In this document: one piece after another, positions 10,741-23,764 of the stretch
Layout of the letters: each line of letters starts with the position of its first letter
Position numbering within the stretch: the first letter of the stretch is position 1
NCBI RefSeq assembly: GCF_011745625.1
Contig: NW_027191494.1
Location: 62,001-126,000, forward strand
Source: Cladosporium halotolerans
Taxonomy: Eukaryota
DNA: 64,000 nucleotides
Reading direction: 5' to 3'
The notes under the pieces: model-generated
Database searches by the model: none
What the model saw: only the letters and a program-made list of their open reading frames with translations
Told to the model about the DNA's origin: nothing
Translations under genes and position numbers: made by a program

Positions 10741-11662
10741 TCACTTGAGGACCGCAACGTGCACACAAAAGCCGCTGCCCTCACCGAGAGCATCGCCGAG
10801 CAGGCCGGACGGGACTCTCCAAGTGCGGAATTTGCGAGTGAACACCTCAGCCCACTCTTCGAAAACGTCCGGCTGACGCAAGTGTTGGGCGACAACGCAT
10901 ACGGTGGGCTGAAGTCCCCCATCAAGGTCGCAATGCTGCTGGCGTGCTCGGCAAATGTCGGCACAAGCCTGCGTGAAAGGCTCGATGAGGGCGTAGTTGT
11001 AGATGCAATCGCAGGCCAACACGACATCGACACCATGTGCCAGTGCGTTGGCGTTGAGAAATGGGGCGATTGCATCCGTTTCCCAATCCAGTGGCTCGAC
11101 GGCGACACTTGCGCCTCCGTCTTTGGCGTTGCTTCGCTTGGGTTGCTTCTTCCCTTTCGCGTTGGTCGCGGGCATGTTGGCGAGCACGTTTTCTTGGAGA
11201 AGCTTGAGCGTGTACTGTTGGTCGGTCAAGACAACGCGTTGGACTTGAGGCGCAAGCACACATCCAACAAGCCCCGAGATTCCAGAACCGAGTTCTAGGA
11301 CGGTGGTAGATGCGCCGAGGACGCCGTGCTTGTAGAGCACATTGTCAGGCGAAGAAAGCCATTGGGCAAACCGGACCGACGTAGCCCAGACCGCCGCTCC
11401 GGTGGTCCCTCCCTCACGGTTCGACTGAAGTAGGCCCGGAGATTGGGTAAGTGTGAAGTCTCGTCCTTTGATGGTCACGTCGACAGATGCGGCCTTTGGG
11501 TCTAGCATTCCGAGATCACCCGAGTTTGGAGGTTGAGCAAAAAGCTCGAAGGTTTCTAGGGTACTTGTCAGTATGTCTGGATGGTCTGGTTGATAGGCAT
11601 TTGATCATACCTTCAGATGCATCTTCAACTGGTTCGCCCAGGAAGGGAAGAAGACTATCCAT
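10741..11662 (-). CDS. RKM5: Family-16 (seven-beta-strand) protein-lysine methyltransferase, Rkm5-like; 2 exons (intron 11556-11610)
   Basis: Spliced N-terminus MDSLLPFLGEPVEDASE|ETFELF. Motifs QSPGLL, TTGAAVW, VLELGSGISGL, LTDQ, LDWE, VLACDCIYN. Intron is GTATGA...ACTGAC...CTAG. Confidence 0.85.
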
Positions 11663-12152
11663 TCTTCGCCGGCGTGCTCACGCGATGGCACCTGTGGTGG
11701 GCTAGTCCCGCTAGAAAGTAAGAATTGTCGCTGAAGCGTCTCAATGGGATGAGCAATACTGTATGTACCAAAGGTAAAGGACAAGCCGTGGCAATCATGC
11801 CATTTGGGAAAATCGTTGATGGCCGCGGAGACTTGGACACAAGGCTCTCGACCTTGCACGGTCGTTCACCCGAACATGATCAATCAAGACATTAAAAAGA
11901 AGAAAGTCAAACGCCCTGGACTCAATGCCAGAGACTCGAGAGCAAGATCATGTTAGCGAGAAGAAATATTGCGGTCTCTCTCCAGCCAAAAAGTGCAATT
12001 TGTTCGCCCGTCTCGTGTCGGCCAGCGCCCGCTCCCGAAGCCGATCGCCGGTCTGGCTTGCTGGAGCTGCGACCACACAGCAGCGGCCATACGTCAGGCG
12101 TCAGGAACACCGAGAACAAGAGACGCACCGCACCTTGCACACATCAAGCATT

Positions 12153-12716
12153 ATGGCGTTGCCTCAAGCTGCATACAAGGACCGCCAGTTCCTGGCAGTG
12201 ATTGGCGATGAGGTTCGCATGCCACTGTTTGCGACTCGGCGTGCTCTAGCTAACGGGCTGTAGGACTCTGTGACGGGCATCCTGCTGGCGGGCGTTGGTG
12301 TGAGTGGATATTATGTTGGAAGGATAGGATGGGTGGGATATCACTAACACAACCTAGCATGTCACCGAGCCCCCGGACTCGCAAAAGAACTACCTGGTCG
12401 TGGACAGCAAGACCGAGGACGCAGCTATCGAGGAGGCTTTCGATCAGTTCACCAAGGAGAGGAAGGACATCGCCATTGTTCTGATCAACCAGCACGTACG
12501 TACTCGGCACCTCGCTGCAATGAGGTGCATATGTATGGAGGGGAAATGAACACACATGGCTAACATCCTGCGTAGATTGCCGAGCGCATCAGGCCTCGCG
12601 TGGACCAGTACAACGAGGCATTTCCCAGCTTGCTCGAGATCCCCTCGAAGGATCACCCATACGACCCGGAGAAGGACAGTGTCATGAAGAGAGTGAGGAA
12701 GCTGTTCGGCGAGTAA
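12153..12716 (+). CDS. VMA7: V-ATPase V1 subunit F; 4 exons (introns 12213-12263, 12300-12357, 12496-12575)
   Basis: Spliced product [48 protein letters not shown]...[20 protein letters not shown]...[28 protein letters not shown]. Confidence 0.96.
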
Positions 12717-13064
12717 AGCGGTGTGGAATGATCAGTCGGGCTGCGATTACAGCGAGCAAGATACAGAAGCGACCTGAAGACCAAGCTGTCCTGCCAGAGC
12801 GAGGGACAGAAGCACGTATACTGAGAGAAGACATCGGAATTGAGGAGATTCGGTTGGCAGTATAGACAGGATACCCAGACACGCCGAGTGACTAGTATGG
12901 ACAACGAAGTATTACGCCGCGAGCAACATTTTCTGTTCTTCCACAGCCCTCGCGTTCCACAAAACCTATCTCTCGTGCAACATAAATGCTCATGACTAAA
13001 CGCTTCATATCATGCTAGAAGAGAAAACATTGGTCTTCTTGTCGCAGCCCTCGCGAGCGAGCGT

Positions 13065-13658
13065 CTAGATGTCCTGCTTGTAGTTCTTGATCACATTGAC
13101 CGCGCCGGACCGCGAGAACTCGACGGTCGCAGTCAGGCAGGTGATCTTCTTCTCGTCCTTGGTCAGGACGTCAGCCAGCACGGTGTACTTTCCGGGCGGG
13201 ATCTGCTTCGGCAGCTCGACTTCCTTCGTCAGAGTCATGTCGCCCTTCTTGATCGGGCACTCGAGGTCGACCTCCTTGACCGTGTTGCAGAGGTCCGCGG
13301 TCTGCTTGATGATCGTGATCAGGCCGTACTTGACTTGGAGGTGCACTTTGGCGCCATCCTCGACGTCCTGCGCGAGGTCGCCCTTGGCGGTGATGCTGAG
13401 GCCTTGGCCGCTGGATGGTCTGGTCAGTGGATGCGCTTGTGCTTGTCGCAGGGCAGGGTGTACTCACGCCGCGGGCGGGTTCGGGGTGAGGTCGACGGTC
13501 TTGATAGTCAGGATGTCGCCCTTAGGGTCGGCGCAGTGCTGCAGAGGGTTGTCGCCGGGGACGGAGAGCTCGGTGTCGAGAGCGACCTCGGAGCCGCCGA
13601 ACAGCGAGCCCGCGGAGGCGGTGGCCAGGAGGGCAGAGGCGATAGTGAGGAGCTTCAT
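13065..13658 (-). CDS. NPC2: ML-domain phosphatidylglycerol/phosphatidylinositol transfer protein (Npc2-like); 2 exons (intron 13411-13467)
   Basis: Signal peptide MKLLTIASALLATASA, then VPGDNPLQHC...VDLTPNPP|AGQGLSITAKG...VKYGLITI...DLC...CPI...KQIPPGKYTVLADV...ITCL. Confidence 0.93.
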
Positions 13659-14162
13659 CTTGCTGTACGTACTTGAAGATGTTGTGCAGGAGAACGTGTG
13701 GCGTCTGTTGCCCGGCACTTGAACAGGCGGCTATCTGGAGTCCCCAGCCTTCAACGTCACGAGATCCAAGCTCTCCACGGTTTGGCGGCGGCTGTAGCCG
13801 TGGATGGGCCAGGCGTCTCAAAAGGCGCGAGGACAATGAGGCTGTGCCGGAAAATGAAGCATGTCATCTGATAGAACACTGACAAGATGTGGCAATGTGA
13901 TCTGCCTATCCCTTCATCTAACTCCAGTCGATTGTTATCAATGATCACGTTTGATGGCAGTTAGGTAGTTACAAACACGAGCGTCACAGGCATGTAGCTT
14001 CATCGCATTAGGCTTGCACTCTGGTGGCAAACGTAACATGATGGATGCGAAGCAACCGCTGAGTATTTCACTCATGGAGTAGCAGGCTCATAGTCAGATC
14101 TTGCGACCCAAAAGCTTGGAAATTCGCTCTGTATTATCACGTTTCATCCATATTTGAAATAG

Positions 14163-14178
14163 CCCTAACCCTAACCCT
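14163..14178 (+). repeat. Short interstitial telomere-type repeat (CCCTAA)2CCCT
   Basis: CCCTAACCCTAACCCT read directly, in the NPC2-SSC1 intergenic region. Confidence 0.6.
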
Positions 14179-15154
14179 CCTGACCCTATCGAAGAGCACG
14201 AAACGATCAAGTGCGATCTGAACAACGGCGCGACTAGCATATATCAACGATGATACTCGTTTTTTGCAGATGCAGGCATCGGGAGTATCATACGTGGCCA
14301 TACAAAATCTGACTGATGCGATTATCGATGGTGGGCGAAATTGGTTGCTAGATATGATGTGGTATCACCCGCGCAATTTCAACGAAGTCCGCGCATTCAA
14401 GGCCAGCTGCCCATCGCCTGCCTTAGCACGAACGGCGCGAATAGTATTCAAAAGGATGGCAATGTCGAACTGGGAAATCTCAGAGCATATAGGTTACATT
14501 CAGCTTGACCGAACAGCTCTAAACTCTGAGACGACCCATTATTGGCGGTGCCTGAGATACGACACGCCCGGGCGAGCAGGAAACACATAAACCAAGCTGT
14601 TTCACACGATCGAGTTCTTCGAGATGTTGTACACACGAATCGGTCTGATCAGGAAAGGTATATGATATGCTGTACATATGCCTCAAATCGGGTGAATGGG
14701 GATAGCGTTGTGGCGAAGCAGTTCTTGTCGCCCTTCAAGACAAAATGATGATGAGACTGGCGTGGCTGGCAAGCAATGTGAGCTTGATTCTTGACAGACA
14801 AGTAACATCAAAACTCTGTCATGACAGGAACAATCACTGAACTCACAACATTAATGACATGAATCGATTGTCGCATCAAATGATCGATAAATTGGACGCT
14901 CGGCTCAAGCTGGCGCCACTCCCGAGGTCTCCGATCTGCGGCGAAGGCTCTCGAAGTCATAAACCAAAGCCTGGCCCGTGCACGAATGTGAGCTCTCCAG
15001 CCAGACTTTTCTCCTGGCGCAGTCCATCCTCTCCATCATCCATCACACCCTTCTACCACCCTTAATCCATCACCTCGCGCACCCCGATACCCATTTCATT
15101 TATTGTGCGCCTGTCACTGTATTTGTATTCTTTTCACACAGCACAGCCTTCAAG

Positions 15155-16175
15155 ATGCTGTCCTCCAGGTTTATGCGCAATGTAAGTCGCATCATCGGCA
15201 CGAGACTGCTCTCGCGACCACTCGCTAACGCATCCATCAGGCCGTCCCGCGCGCCACCTCTTCTCTTCGTTCCTCCGCATACAGAGCTCCCCTGAACTCA
15301 TCATTCAGGAGAACATATGCCGAGAAGATCGACAGCGAGGAGAAGGTGAAGGGCCCGGTCATCGGTATTGACTTGGGTACCACCAACTCCGCTGTCGCGC
15401 TGATGGAGGGCATGAACCCCAGAATTATTGAGAACTCGGAAGGTACGAAATAGCGCGCTACAAGAAGATGCGATGGATGGATGTTGACTTGATAATAGGT
15501 GCCCGCACTACCCCTTCGGTCGTTGGTTTCACCAAGGAGGGCGAGCGTCTGGTCGGTATTGCCGCCAAGCGCCAGGCCGTCGTCAACCCTGAGAACACCC
15601 TCTTCGCCACCAAGCGTCTCATCGGTCGCAAGTTCTCCGATGCTGAGGTCCAGCGCGACATCCAGCAGGTCCCCTACAAGATCGTCCAGCACACTAACGG
15701 CGACGCATGGCTCGAGGCCCAGGGCCAGAAGTACTCTCCTTCGCAGATCGGTGGTTTCGTCCTCGGCAAGATGAAGGAGACCGCTGAGGCCTTCGTTGGC
15801 AAGCCCCTGAAGAACGCCGTTGTCACTGTCCCCGCCTACTTCAACGACCAGCAGAGACAGGCCACCAAGGACGCCGGTCAGATCTCCGGTCTTAACGTCA
15901 TGCGTGTGATCAACGAGCCTACCGCCGCCGCCCTTGCCTACGGTCTTGAGAAGGACGACCGTGTTGTCGCTGTCTACGATCTTGGTGGTGGTACTTTCGA
16001 TATCTCCATCCTCGAGATTTCCTCCGGTGTCTTCGAGGTCAAGTCCACCAACGGCGACACCCATCTCGGTGGCGAAGACTTTGACATCACTCTCGTCCGC
16101 CACCTGGTCCAGCAGTTCAAGAAGGAGCAGGGCATCGACCTCTCTGGTGACCGCATGGCCATCCAGCGTATCCGT

Positions 16176-16210
<35 letters not shown>

Positions 16211-17309
16211 TTCCCTCCAGACCGACATCAACCTGCCTTTCATCACCGCCGACGCCTCTGGCCCCAAGCACATCAACACCAAGATGACCCGTGCCCAGCT
16301 CGAGGGTCTCGTTGAGCCCCTTGTCAGCAAGTCCATCGAGCCCGTCCGCAAGGCCCTCAAGGACGCCAACCTCCAGGCCAAGGACATCCAGGATGTCATC
16401 CTCGTCGGTGGTATGACCCGTATGCCCAAGGTCACCGAGACCGTCAAGAGCATCTTCGGCCGTGACCCCGCCAAGTCCGTCAACCCTGACGAGGCTGTCG
16501 CCATCGGTGCCGCCATCCAGGGTGGTGTCCTCTCTGGCCAGGTCACTGACCTCCTCCTTCTCGACGTCACCCCTCTGTCCCTCGGTATTGAGACCCTTGG
16601 TGGTGTCTTCACCCGTCTGATCAACCGCAACACCACTATCCCCACCAAGAAGTCCCAGACCTTCTCCACCGCCGCCGACTTCCAGTCCGCTGTCGAGATC
16701 AAGGTCTACCAGGGTGAGCGTGAGCTCGTCCGTGACAACAAGCTCCTCGGCAACTTCCAGCTCGTCGGCATTCCCCCTGCGCACCGTGGTGTCCCCCAGA
16801 TCGAGGTCACCTTCGACATTGACGCCGACTCGATCATCCACATCGGTGCCAAGGACAAGTCCACCAACAAGGACCAGTCCATCACCATCGCTTCCGGCTC
16901 CGGTCTGAGCGAGGAGGAGATCCAGGGCATGGTTAACGACGCCGAGAAGTACGCCGGCCAGGACAAGGAGCGCAAGGCCGCCATTGAGGCCGCCAACCGT
17001 GCCGACTCTGTCGCCAACGACACCGAGAAGGCCCTCAAGGAGTTCGAGGACCGTCTTGACAAGTCAGAGGCCGAGTCCATCCGCGAGAAGATCACCTCCA
17101 TCCGCGAGTTCATCGCCAAGAGCCAGTCTGGCGAGAGCGAGATCTCCGCCGAGGAGATGAAGACCAAGACCGACGAGCTCCAGCAGGCCAGCTTGAGCCT
17201 CTTCGACAAGATGCACAAGGCCAAGGCCGAGCAGCAGCCCCAGGAGGGCCAGCAGCAGCAGGAGGGTCAGCAGCAGCAGGGCGAGGGTGAGGGCGAGAAG
17301 AAGCCTTAA
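15155..17309 (+). CDS. SSC1: Mitochondrial Hsp70; 3 exons (introns 15182-15240, 15443-15498)
   Basis: Arg/Ser-rich presequence [24 protein letters not shown]..., then [66 protein letters not shown]. No C-terminal EEVD. Confidence 0.97.
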
Positions 17310-18614
17310 ATCCTCCCTGACTGACGGCTGTGATACCTCTTGATTGTTGAATGTTTTACTATTGCTTTCCAGCGTTTTTTTTGTTTTTGGCATACCTCCT
17401 CCAAAAAGCGCTACACGCCCCGCTGTACTTTTAAACGCAGCGCTCTAACGCGCTTCATGTATCTATACTCTCTCCCGCCCTCGTACGAGCCCTCCCACGG
17501 CTCGGCGAGGGTGGTCCTTTTCACCTCTTACCTCTCGACTTTGTTCCATCATACCATACCACCCTTCGCGGGATTCGGCGGGCGTTTAGCGCTGTGGCTG
17601 GGAGATACATGATGAATTCTGCTTCGCGGAGAAACGAACGCATGGTTATGTGGTTTTAAACGGAAGCGCCTTTGGCGAGGAGACGGGAATGGCTGATGTA
17701 GCATAGACCTCTCCACTCTTCATAAATGTACGAGAACGATTGGAAGCAAATGTATTTGATACCGTGAAAGCTTAAGATCGTTCAAAGTCCAGATCATGTT
17801 CGTATGTTCATGGTCACAGAGACATCGCCCCAGACAGTTGCTATTGCTAAAAGGCCTTCACCAGATTGACTACAGCCAGCATCCGGTCTTCCATTCCATT
17901 ATTTCCAACAATGCATTCGGCCCGGTAGGCGCAGATCACGGCGTAGGCATGACGTGCTGCGCAATAGCTGCCGTTGATATATGGGACTGCATGGCTGAAG
18001 AAGTACGCGGCACGGGTTAAGGTACAAGAATCGACCGACGGCTGGTCCTCCATGCGTGCTCGCGTTCAAAAGCCTTCAGTAATTCTCCGGCGCCAACGTT
18101 AATCAAATAACACGAACCTTACTGCCACGCCCCAAGCAATCAAGCAAGCGAACACCCCCCTCAGCCTTGCGGCAACGATCTGCTCGCCCGCACCGCCCGA
18201 GATTGCCGGCCCAGAAGCTTGGGCGGCCTGGGCGTCGCCCTACCAGGCCAGCCCGCGCGCGCGTCCAATCAGCCTCCTCTGTCCAAACTCACGGTGACGC
18301 CAGGCGGCCGGCTGGGGGCCTCGTCCTCCCAGTCTTGCGCGGTGGGCGGCAGCGACCTGCAAAAACAAGCAACGGCCGCCCGCATTTGCCAGCTGCCAGC
18401 CCGGCCGCGCGTGTAGTTCCTCCTCTTCTCTCTGTAAGGTGTGGCCGAGTTCTTTCCATCCTGCCTGTCTCTTGTCCGTGTTGTGTTTTTGACGTCTCGC
18501 GCCCGCCGACGACGATTCGCGCGTACATACATACACCCACTATTGATCGGCCAGTCGCGACAGCTCGCATCCATACCGCGCGTGCGCATTGCTAGCTCCG
18601 ACATCACCACAGCC

Positions 18615-20396
18615 ATGGCGCAGCAGGGCGAGGCGGCGCAATACTTCCAGGGCGGCGGCGGCGATGGCAGAGGATACCAGATGAACCCGCCGCCGAACGG
18701 CGGCCAATGGCAGCAGCAACCTCCGCAGCAGGGCTACGGCTACGGCGCGCCCAACCAGCAGGGCTACCAGCAGCAGCAGTACAACGGCGACGGCAGTTCC
18801 ATGCCGCCGCCGCCCAACTACGGCCAGCAGTACGGCGGCGGGGACCAGAAGCCCATGTTCGACCAGGCGTTCAAGATCGAGAAGCCGAAGTGGAATGACC
18901 TGTGGGCTGGCATTCTGTTCCTCGCCGTCTGCGCGGGCTTCGTCGCCGTCAGCGGGATTTCCATCCAGGGCTATGCTGCGACGAAGGGGTTCAATGGCGG
19001 CGGCATCTACGACTCGTCGAACGAGTTTGGCCTGAGCACCAACACGCTCGTGCTGTTCGCGTTCTGTCTGGCGGTCGCGCTCGTGCTGGGATATGGATAC
19101 GTGTGGCTGGCGAGGAGTATGGTCATCCCCATTGGAGAGTCGGAGTGAAGCGATTGGCAGTGCTGACTACGCGACAGAGTTCACGAAGCAGTTCATCTGG
19201 ATCACCGGCATCCTCAACATCATCTCCTGCTTCGTCACGGCCATCTACATGCTTTCGCGCAGGTACTGGAGCGGCGGCATAGTCTTCCTTCTCTTCGGCA
19301 TTTTCACGATCATCTGCTTCGTTTCCTGGATTCCGAGGATCCCTTTCTCGGTCTTGATGCTGCAGACGGCCATTGACGTCTCGAAGACCTACGGCCACGT
19401 CTACCTCGTCTCCTTCCTCGGCGGTCTCATTGCCGCTGCCTTCGGTGCCTACTTCTCCGTGACCTTAGTAGCGGTATATGTAAAATATGAACCAGGAAAC
19501 AACCCAGCCTGCAGCCAGGGAGCAGGAAGCTGTAGCTCAGCCACCGTCATTGGCCTGATCGCCTTCATCACCTTCGCCGGCTACTGGATATCCGAATGGC
19601 TCAAGAACGCCATCCACACGACCATCTCCGGCGTCTTCGGCGCCTGGTACTTCAGCCCGAAGAACCCAGCCAAGGGCGCGACCCGCGGCGCCGCCCGCCG
19701 CGCCCTCACCTACAGCTTCGGCAGCATCTCCTTCGGCTCGCTCGTCGTCGCCATCATCCAGTTCCTGCGCCAGCTGTGCTCCGTCGCGCGCAACCAGCAG
19801 GCCGGCGACGGCAACATCGCCGCCTCGATTTGCTTCTGCGTCCTGGGCTGCCTGATCAGCCTGCTCGAGTGGGCCGCGCAGTTCATCAACCGCTACGCCT
19901 TCAGCTACATCGCGCTCTACGGCAAGAGCTACATCCAGAGCGCCAAGGCCACCTGGCAGCTCATCAAGGACCGCGGCATGGACGCGCTGGTGAACCAGTG
20001 CCTGACCGGCCCCGTCTTCACCATGGGCGCGACCTTCGTCGCGTACATCTGCGCCTTGTAAGCAGCCGCCCCCTTCACAAATCTCCCTTCCAAAACAAAC
20101 AAAAGAAAAAAAAGTCCCCTAGACTGACGTCTCCCCCCAGCCTCGCCTACCTCTACCTCGTCTTCACGGACCCCGGCTACAACCGCAACGGCGACTTCAC
20201 GCCCGTCGTGGTCGCGTACGCCTTCCTCATCGGCCTGCAGATCACGAACTGCTTCACGACGCCGCTGTCGAGCGGCATCGACACGATCTTCGTCGCCGCC
20301 GCGTGGGATCCCGAGGCGCTCATGCGCGAGCACCCGGAGCTGTATCAGAATATGGTCAAGGTTTATCCGCATGTGCAGACTGCTATTCATGCGTGA
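18615..20396 (+). CDS. PNS1: Choline-transporter-like plasma membrane protein Pns1; 3 exons (introns 19117-19177, 20058-20140)
   Basis: Q/G/Y-rich N-tail, then FDQAFKIEKPKWNDLWAGILF, RIPFS, LTYSFGSISFGSL, NRYAFSYIALYGKSY, SGIDTIFVAAAWDP. Confidence 0.94.
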
Positions 20397-20990
20397 GGTG
20401 GTTCTGGATACGCGGGAAGGGAGGGGGAGAGAGGATGGTGTTGGTCGTGAGAGGAGATGGGGGAAAGGGGGAGATGGGTGCTGTAAGATGGTGGAAGTGA
20501 GTACGTGGTTTGGATGGGGATGCGCTTGAGTGTTTTATGGGATGGGAGGATACCCGATCGGCTTGCCGGTGTTTCAATCCCCTGGATGGGCTGTCATCGT
20601 CTTTTTTCCGTTATCAAGAGCTATAGTCATGCGTAATGTTTTCTTTGGCCCGAAAAGGAGGAAAGGAATAAACGATTAGAATTGTCTAAATGACCGTCAA
20701 CGCTACTGTAAAGGGCCATTTGATTTCGTCAGCTAAACCAGCCTACGACCTTACTTGACTGAGCTCTGTCTGCACTCTGAAGGCCAAGACAAATACTCTG
20801 GCCAAGTGAAGTGCCGCCCTGCTGTCAACCACCTGACCACGAGTTTCACCGGCGTTGCACCTTATTTTTCAAGCGTGCGAGTAGGTGAGGTTGCAGCACA
20901 GTAGCAGCGTAGCTTTCAGCTAGGCACGAGCTTAAAGCCGCTGCTCGATTCGCTGGCACTTGATTGCAGTATTGGCACCTCACTCCACAT

Positions 20991-21025
20991 GGGCAGGGCA
21001 GGGCAGGGCAGGGCAGGGCAGGGCA
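20991..21025 (+). repeat. (GGGCA)7 microsatellite
   Basis: Seven perfect GGGCA units read directly. Confidence 0.9.
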
Positions 21026-21754
21026 TGGCATGGGCTCTAGATCATGCAGCGCGAGCGTGGGCGCTGCAGCTGCGAGATCTCTCTCTGCTGACTGCTTCAG
21101 TCCGGGTGGCTCTTCCGTGGTGTCAGATCGCACTCCAATCCCCTGGTTGGGATCATTATCTGCCGCAAATTTAATCGCGCGTTGACATTGCATCGTCGCA
21201 GCAGCCTCAGCGCTCGATCCTCACGACCACGGACGCGCGAGTGGGACCTTCCAGTGGTTGGAACGGAACGTTCGAGCAGCTGCGGACGGATTCTGGGGCT
21301 CCTCGCTCCTCCGTTGGAGAGTGGAGACTCCGCTCCAGCTGCCCAAACGTCGGTGCATGAACAGCCCAAACTGCCCGAAGCGAGCCGCGAGGGAATCCAC
21401 CCTTGCCCTCGAGTCGTCAAGCCCGACGCCGACTTCACTTCGCCCGTCGGCTCGGCGGAGCGGTCGTCGAGCGCAGCTCACGAAAAGGACGACCGACGCC
21501 GCCGTCGATGAGTCAACGGTGACCGCAAGCGCCGCTTTTCGCGATATCGTGGGATTTATCGTCCGTGGCTCCACTGCGCTGGTCCTACTGGCGCGTCGTC
21601 TCTCTGCGATCGTGCCGATGCGGCGATGCCCTTCACGTGCTGACGGTCGATTTCGCTTAGGCCGCTGACACTGTCACTGCCGCTACTGGCTCTTGTCTCG
21701 CTCGGGGCAGGCGTGGGCCTCTGCGCGGCCGTGACGGGACCTCACTTCACACAT

Positions 21755-21785
<31 letters not shown>
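21755..21785 (+). repeat. (GCAC)7+ microsatellite
   Basis: Perfect GCAC run read directly. Confidence 0.9.
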
Positions 21786-22456
21786 GGCCTGCCGGACCGG
21801 CCGTCTCCGCGTCGCACCGCAGGCTGGCGGGTGTTGCAAGCGCTGCGCTGTTATAGATGCACCACGTACGATGTCCTACGCAGCACCCCATGGCGGTACC
21901 TGTGTACCGCCGTCCATTCAAAGCGGGCAGAGTTGCGCCACGGCAGCCAGCCGGCCCGTCTCGCCAGATCGGGCGCAGGCGCAAGGGAAGGCGTAAGGTA
22001 TACCTCCAACAGCTGGTAGGGTAGCTTATTAGACGGGCGATGAGCGTGGAGTGACGCAGGCGGCGGGCGGGCTGCCCCTGCCCCGCACCATCGCAAGGAA
22101 CCGGAGCTGTCGCGCGCTTGTGGGCGGTGGTGGTGCCTGCTCACGCCGACAGCCAGTCGGCCCTCCCTGGCGTGACCTCAGCTGTCGCAGTCTGGGCCGC
22201 TGCGGCCTGCTTGCTGTGCCCCGCCTTCCCGTAATCCCTCGTGACGATCTGTTTGCCATGCGCCGACCTGCCTGCTCTTTTATTCCGCACTTCACTTCGC
22301 CTCCTCCCTCACCCTTCCTCACACCCCACTGACCATACTCCTGCCTCCTTCTTGCTGCTGTCCTCCAGCGAGCGTCCTGCCGATTGCAATAGTATTGACT
22401 GCGCTCGATCGCCTCACTGACTTGACTGCCACCAAGCCCCGCTTTTCTGCTTAAAG

Positions 22457-22552
22457 GTGAGCTCCTGCCGGTCATGTTTCGTTTGCAACAGGTTCATGGT
22501 CAACACTTTCTTTTGTATTGTATTTCAGAAGCTGACAAGGTACCCCACACAG
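22457..22552 (+). other. Probable 5'-UTR intron of the mannitol-1-phosphate dehydrogenase gene
   Basis: AAG|GTGAGC donor, GCTGAC branch point and CACAG acceptor, ending 42 nt before the ATG at 22595. Confidence 0.65.
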
Positions 22553-22594
22553 CTCCAAGACCAGATTTCCCCAAACACAGACCCTCCATCCGCA

Positions 22595-23764
22595 ATGGCA
22601 GGCAAGAAGGGCGTCCACTTCGGCGGCGGCAACATCGGCCGTGGCTTCGTCGCCGAGTTCCTGCACAACTCTGGCTTCGAGGTCGTCTTCGTGGATGTCA
22701 TGGACAACCTCATCGAGACCCTCCAGAAGACCCCCAGCTACGAGGTCACCGAGATCGGCCCCGACGGCGAGAAGAAGTTCCACATCGACAACTACCGCGC
22801 CCTCAACTCCAAGCACAGCATGGAACAGGTCATCCACGAGATTGCCACTGCCGACACTGTCACCTGTGCCGTCGGCCCGAACATCCTCAAGTTCATTGCC
22901 GAGCCTATTGCCAAGGGTATCGAGGCTCGCAAGGAGAGCACCCCGCTTGCTGTCATTGCCTGCGAGAACGCCATTGGCGCCACTGACACTCTTCGCGGCT
23001 TCATCGAGGGCAAGCTCTCTGAGGAGACCAAGAACAACATCGCCTCCAAGGCTTGCTTCGCCAACTCGGCCATTGATCGCATTGTGCCGCTGCAGCCTGA
23101 GGGCAACGGCATGAACGTGCTGATTGAGAAGTTCTACGAGTGGTGCGTCGAGGAGAAGCCCTTTGACGGCAACCCGCCGGCGATCAAGGGCGTCCACTAC
23201 GTCGATGACCTTCAGCCTTACATCGAGCGCAAGCTCTTCACCGTCAACACCGGCCACGCCACCGCGGCTTACTACGGCCACAACCGCGGCTTCAAGTACG
23301 TCCACGAAGTGCTCGCCGACAAGGAGCTCCACGACATCGTCCAGAACACCCTCAAAGAGACCGCCCACCTCATCACCACCAAATTCTCGCACATCTCCAA
23401 GGAAGAGCAGGCCGAATACGTCCAGGCGATCGTCGAGCGCATCTCCAACCCCACCCTCAAGGACGTCGTCGAGCGCGTCGGCCGCGCCCCGCTGCGCAAG
23501 CTCAGCCGCAAGGAGCGCTTCATCGGGCCCGCCGCGCAGCTGGCCGAGGCCGGCGAGAAGTTCGACTGCCTCCTCGGCGGCATCGAGATGTGCCTGCGCT
23601 TCCAGAACGTCGAGGGCGACGACGAGTCCGCCGAGCTGGCCAAGAAGCTCAAGGAGCTCGACGCGACGACCGCCACGAAGGAGCTCACGGGCCTCGAGGA
23701 GGACCACCCGCTCTTCTCGCACGTCGTCGACAGGGTCAAGAAGGTGCAGGGCGAGAGCTCCTAG
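22595..23764 (+). CDS. mpdA: Mannitol-1-phosphate 5-dehydrogenase
   Basis: [77 protein letters not shown] (MtlD family). Confidence 0.96.
   Translation: MAGKKGVHFGGGNIGRGFVAEFLHNSGFEVVFVDVMDNLIETLQKTPSYEVTEIGPDGEKKFHIDNYRALNSKHSMEQVIHEIATADTVTCAVGPNILKFIAEPIAKGIEARKESTPLAVIACENAIGATDTLRGFIEGKLSEETKNNIASKACFANSAIDRIVPLQPEGNGMNVLIEKFYEWCVEEKPFDGNPPAIKGVHYVDDLQPYIERKLFTVNTGHATAAYYGHNRGFKYVHEVLADKELHDIVQNTLKETAHLITTKFSHISKEEQAEYVQAIVERISNPTLKDVVERVGRAPLRKLSRKERFIGPAAQLAEAGEKFDCLLGGIEMCLRFQNVEGDDESAELAKKLKELDATTATKELTGLEEDHPLFSHVVDRVKKVQGESS

Noticed and set aside
15237..16841. 534-aa ORF antisense to SSC1
   Set aside because: Long antisense frames are a known by-product of biased Hsp70 codon usage (often mislabelled NAD-specific glutamate dehydrogenase). 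It has no independent motifs.
17609..17696. Box C (ATGATGA) and box D (CTGA) pair after SSC1; similar pair at 14745-14840
   Set aside because: The terminal stem is weak or absent and I could not recognise a convincing rRNA-complementary guide. A snoscan or Rfam search would be needed.
22472..23722. 416-aa antisense ORF over mpdA (likewise 477-1133, 25227-26426, 27956-29059, 51366-52277, 60316-61257)
   Set aside because: These are shadow ORFs caused by high GC3 in real genes on the opposite strand.
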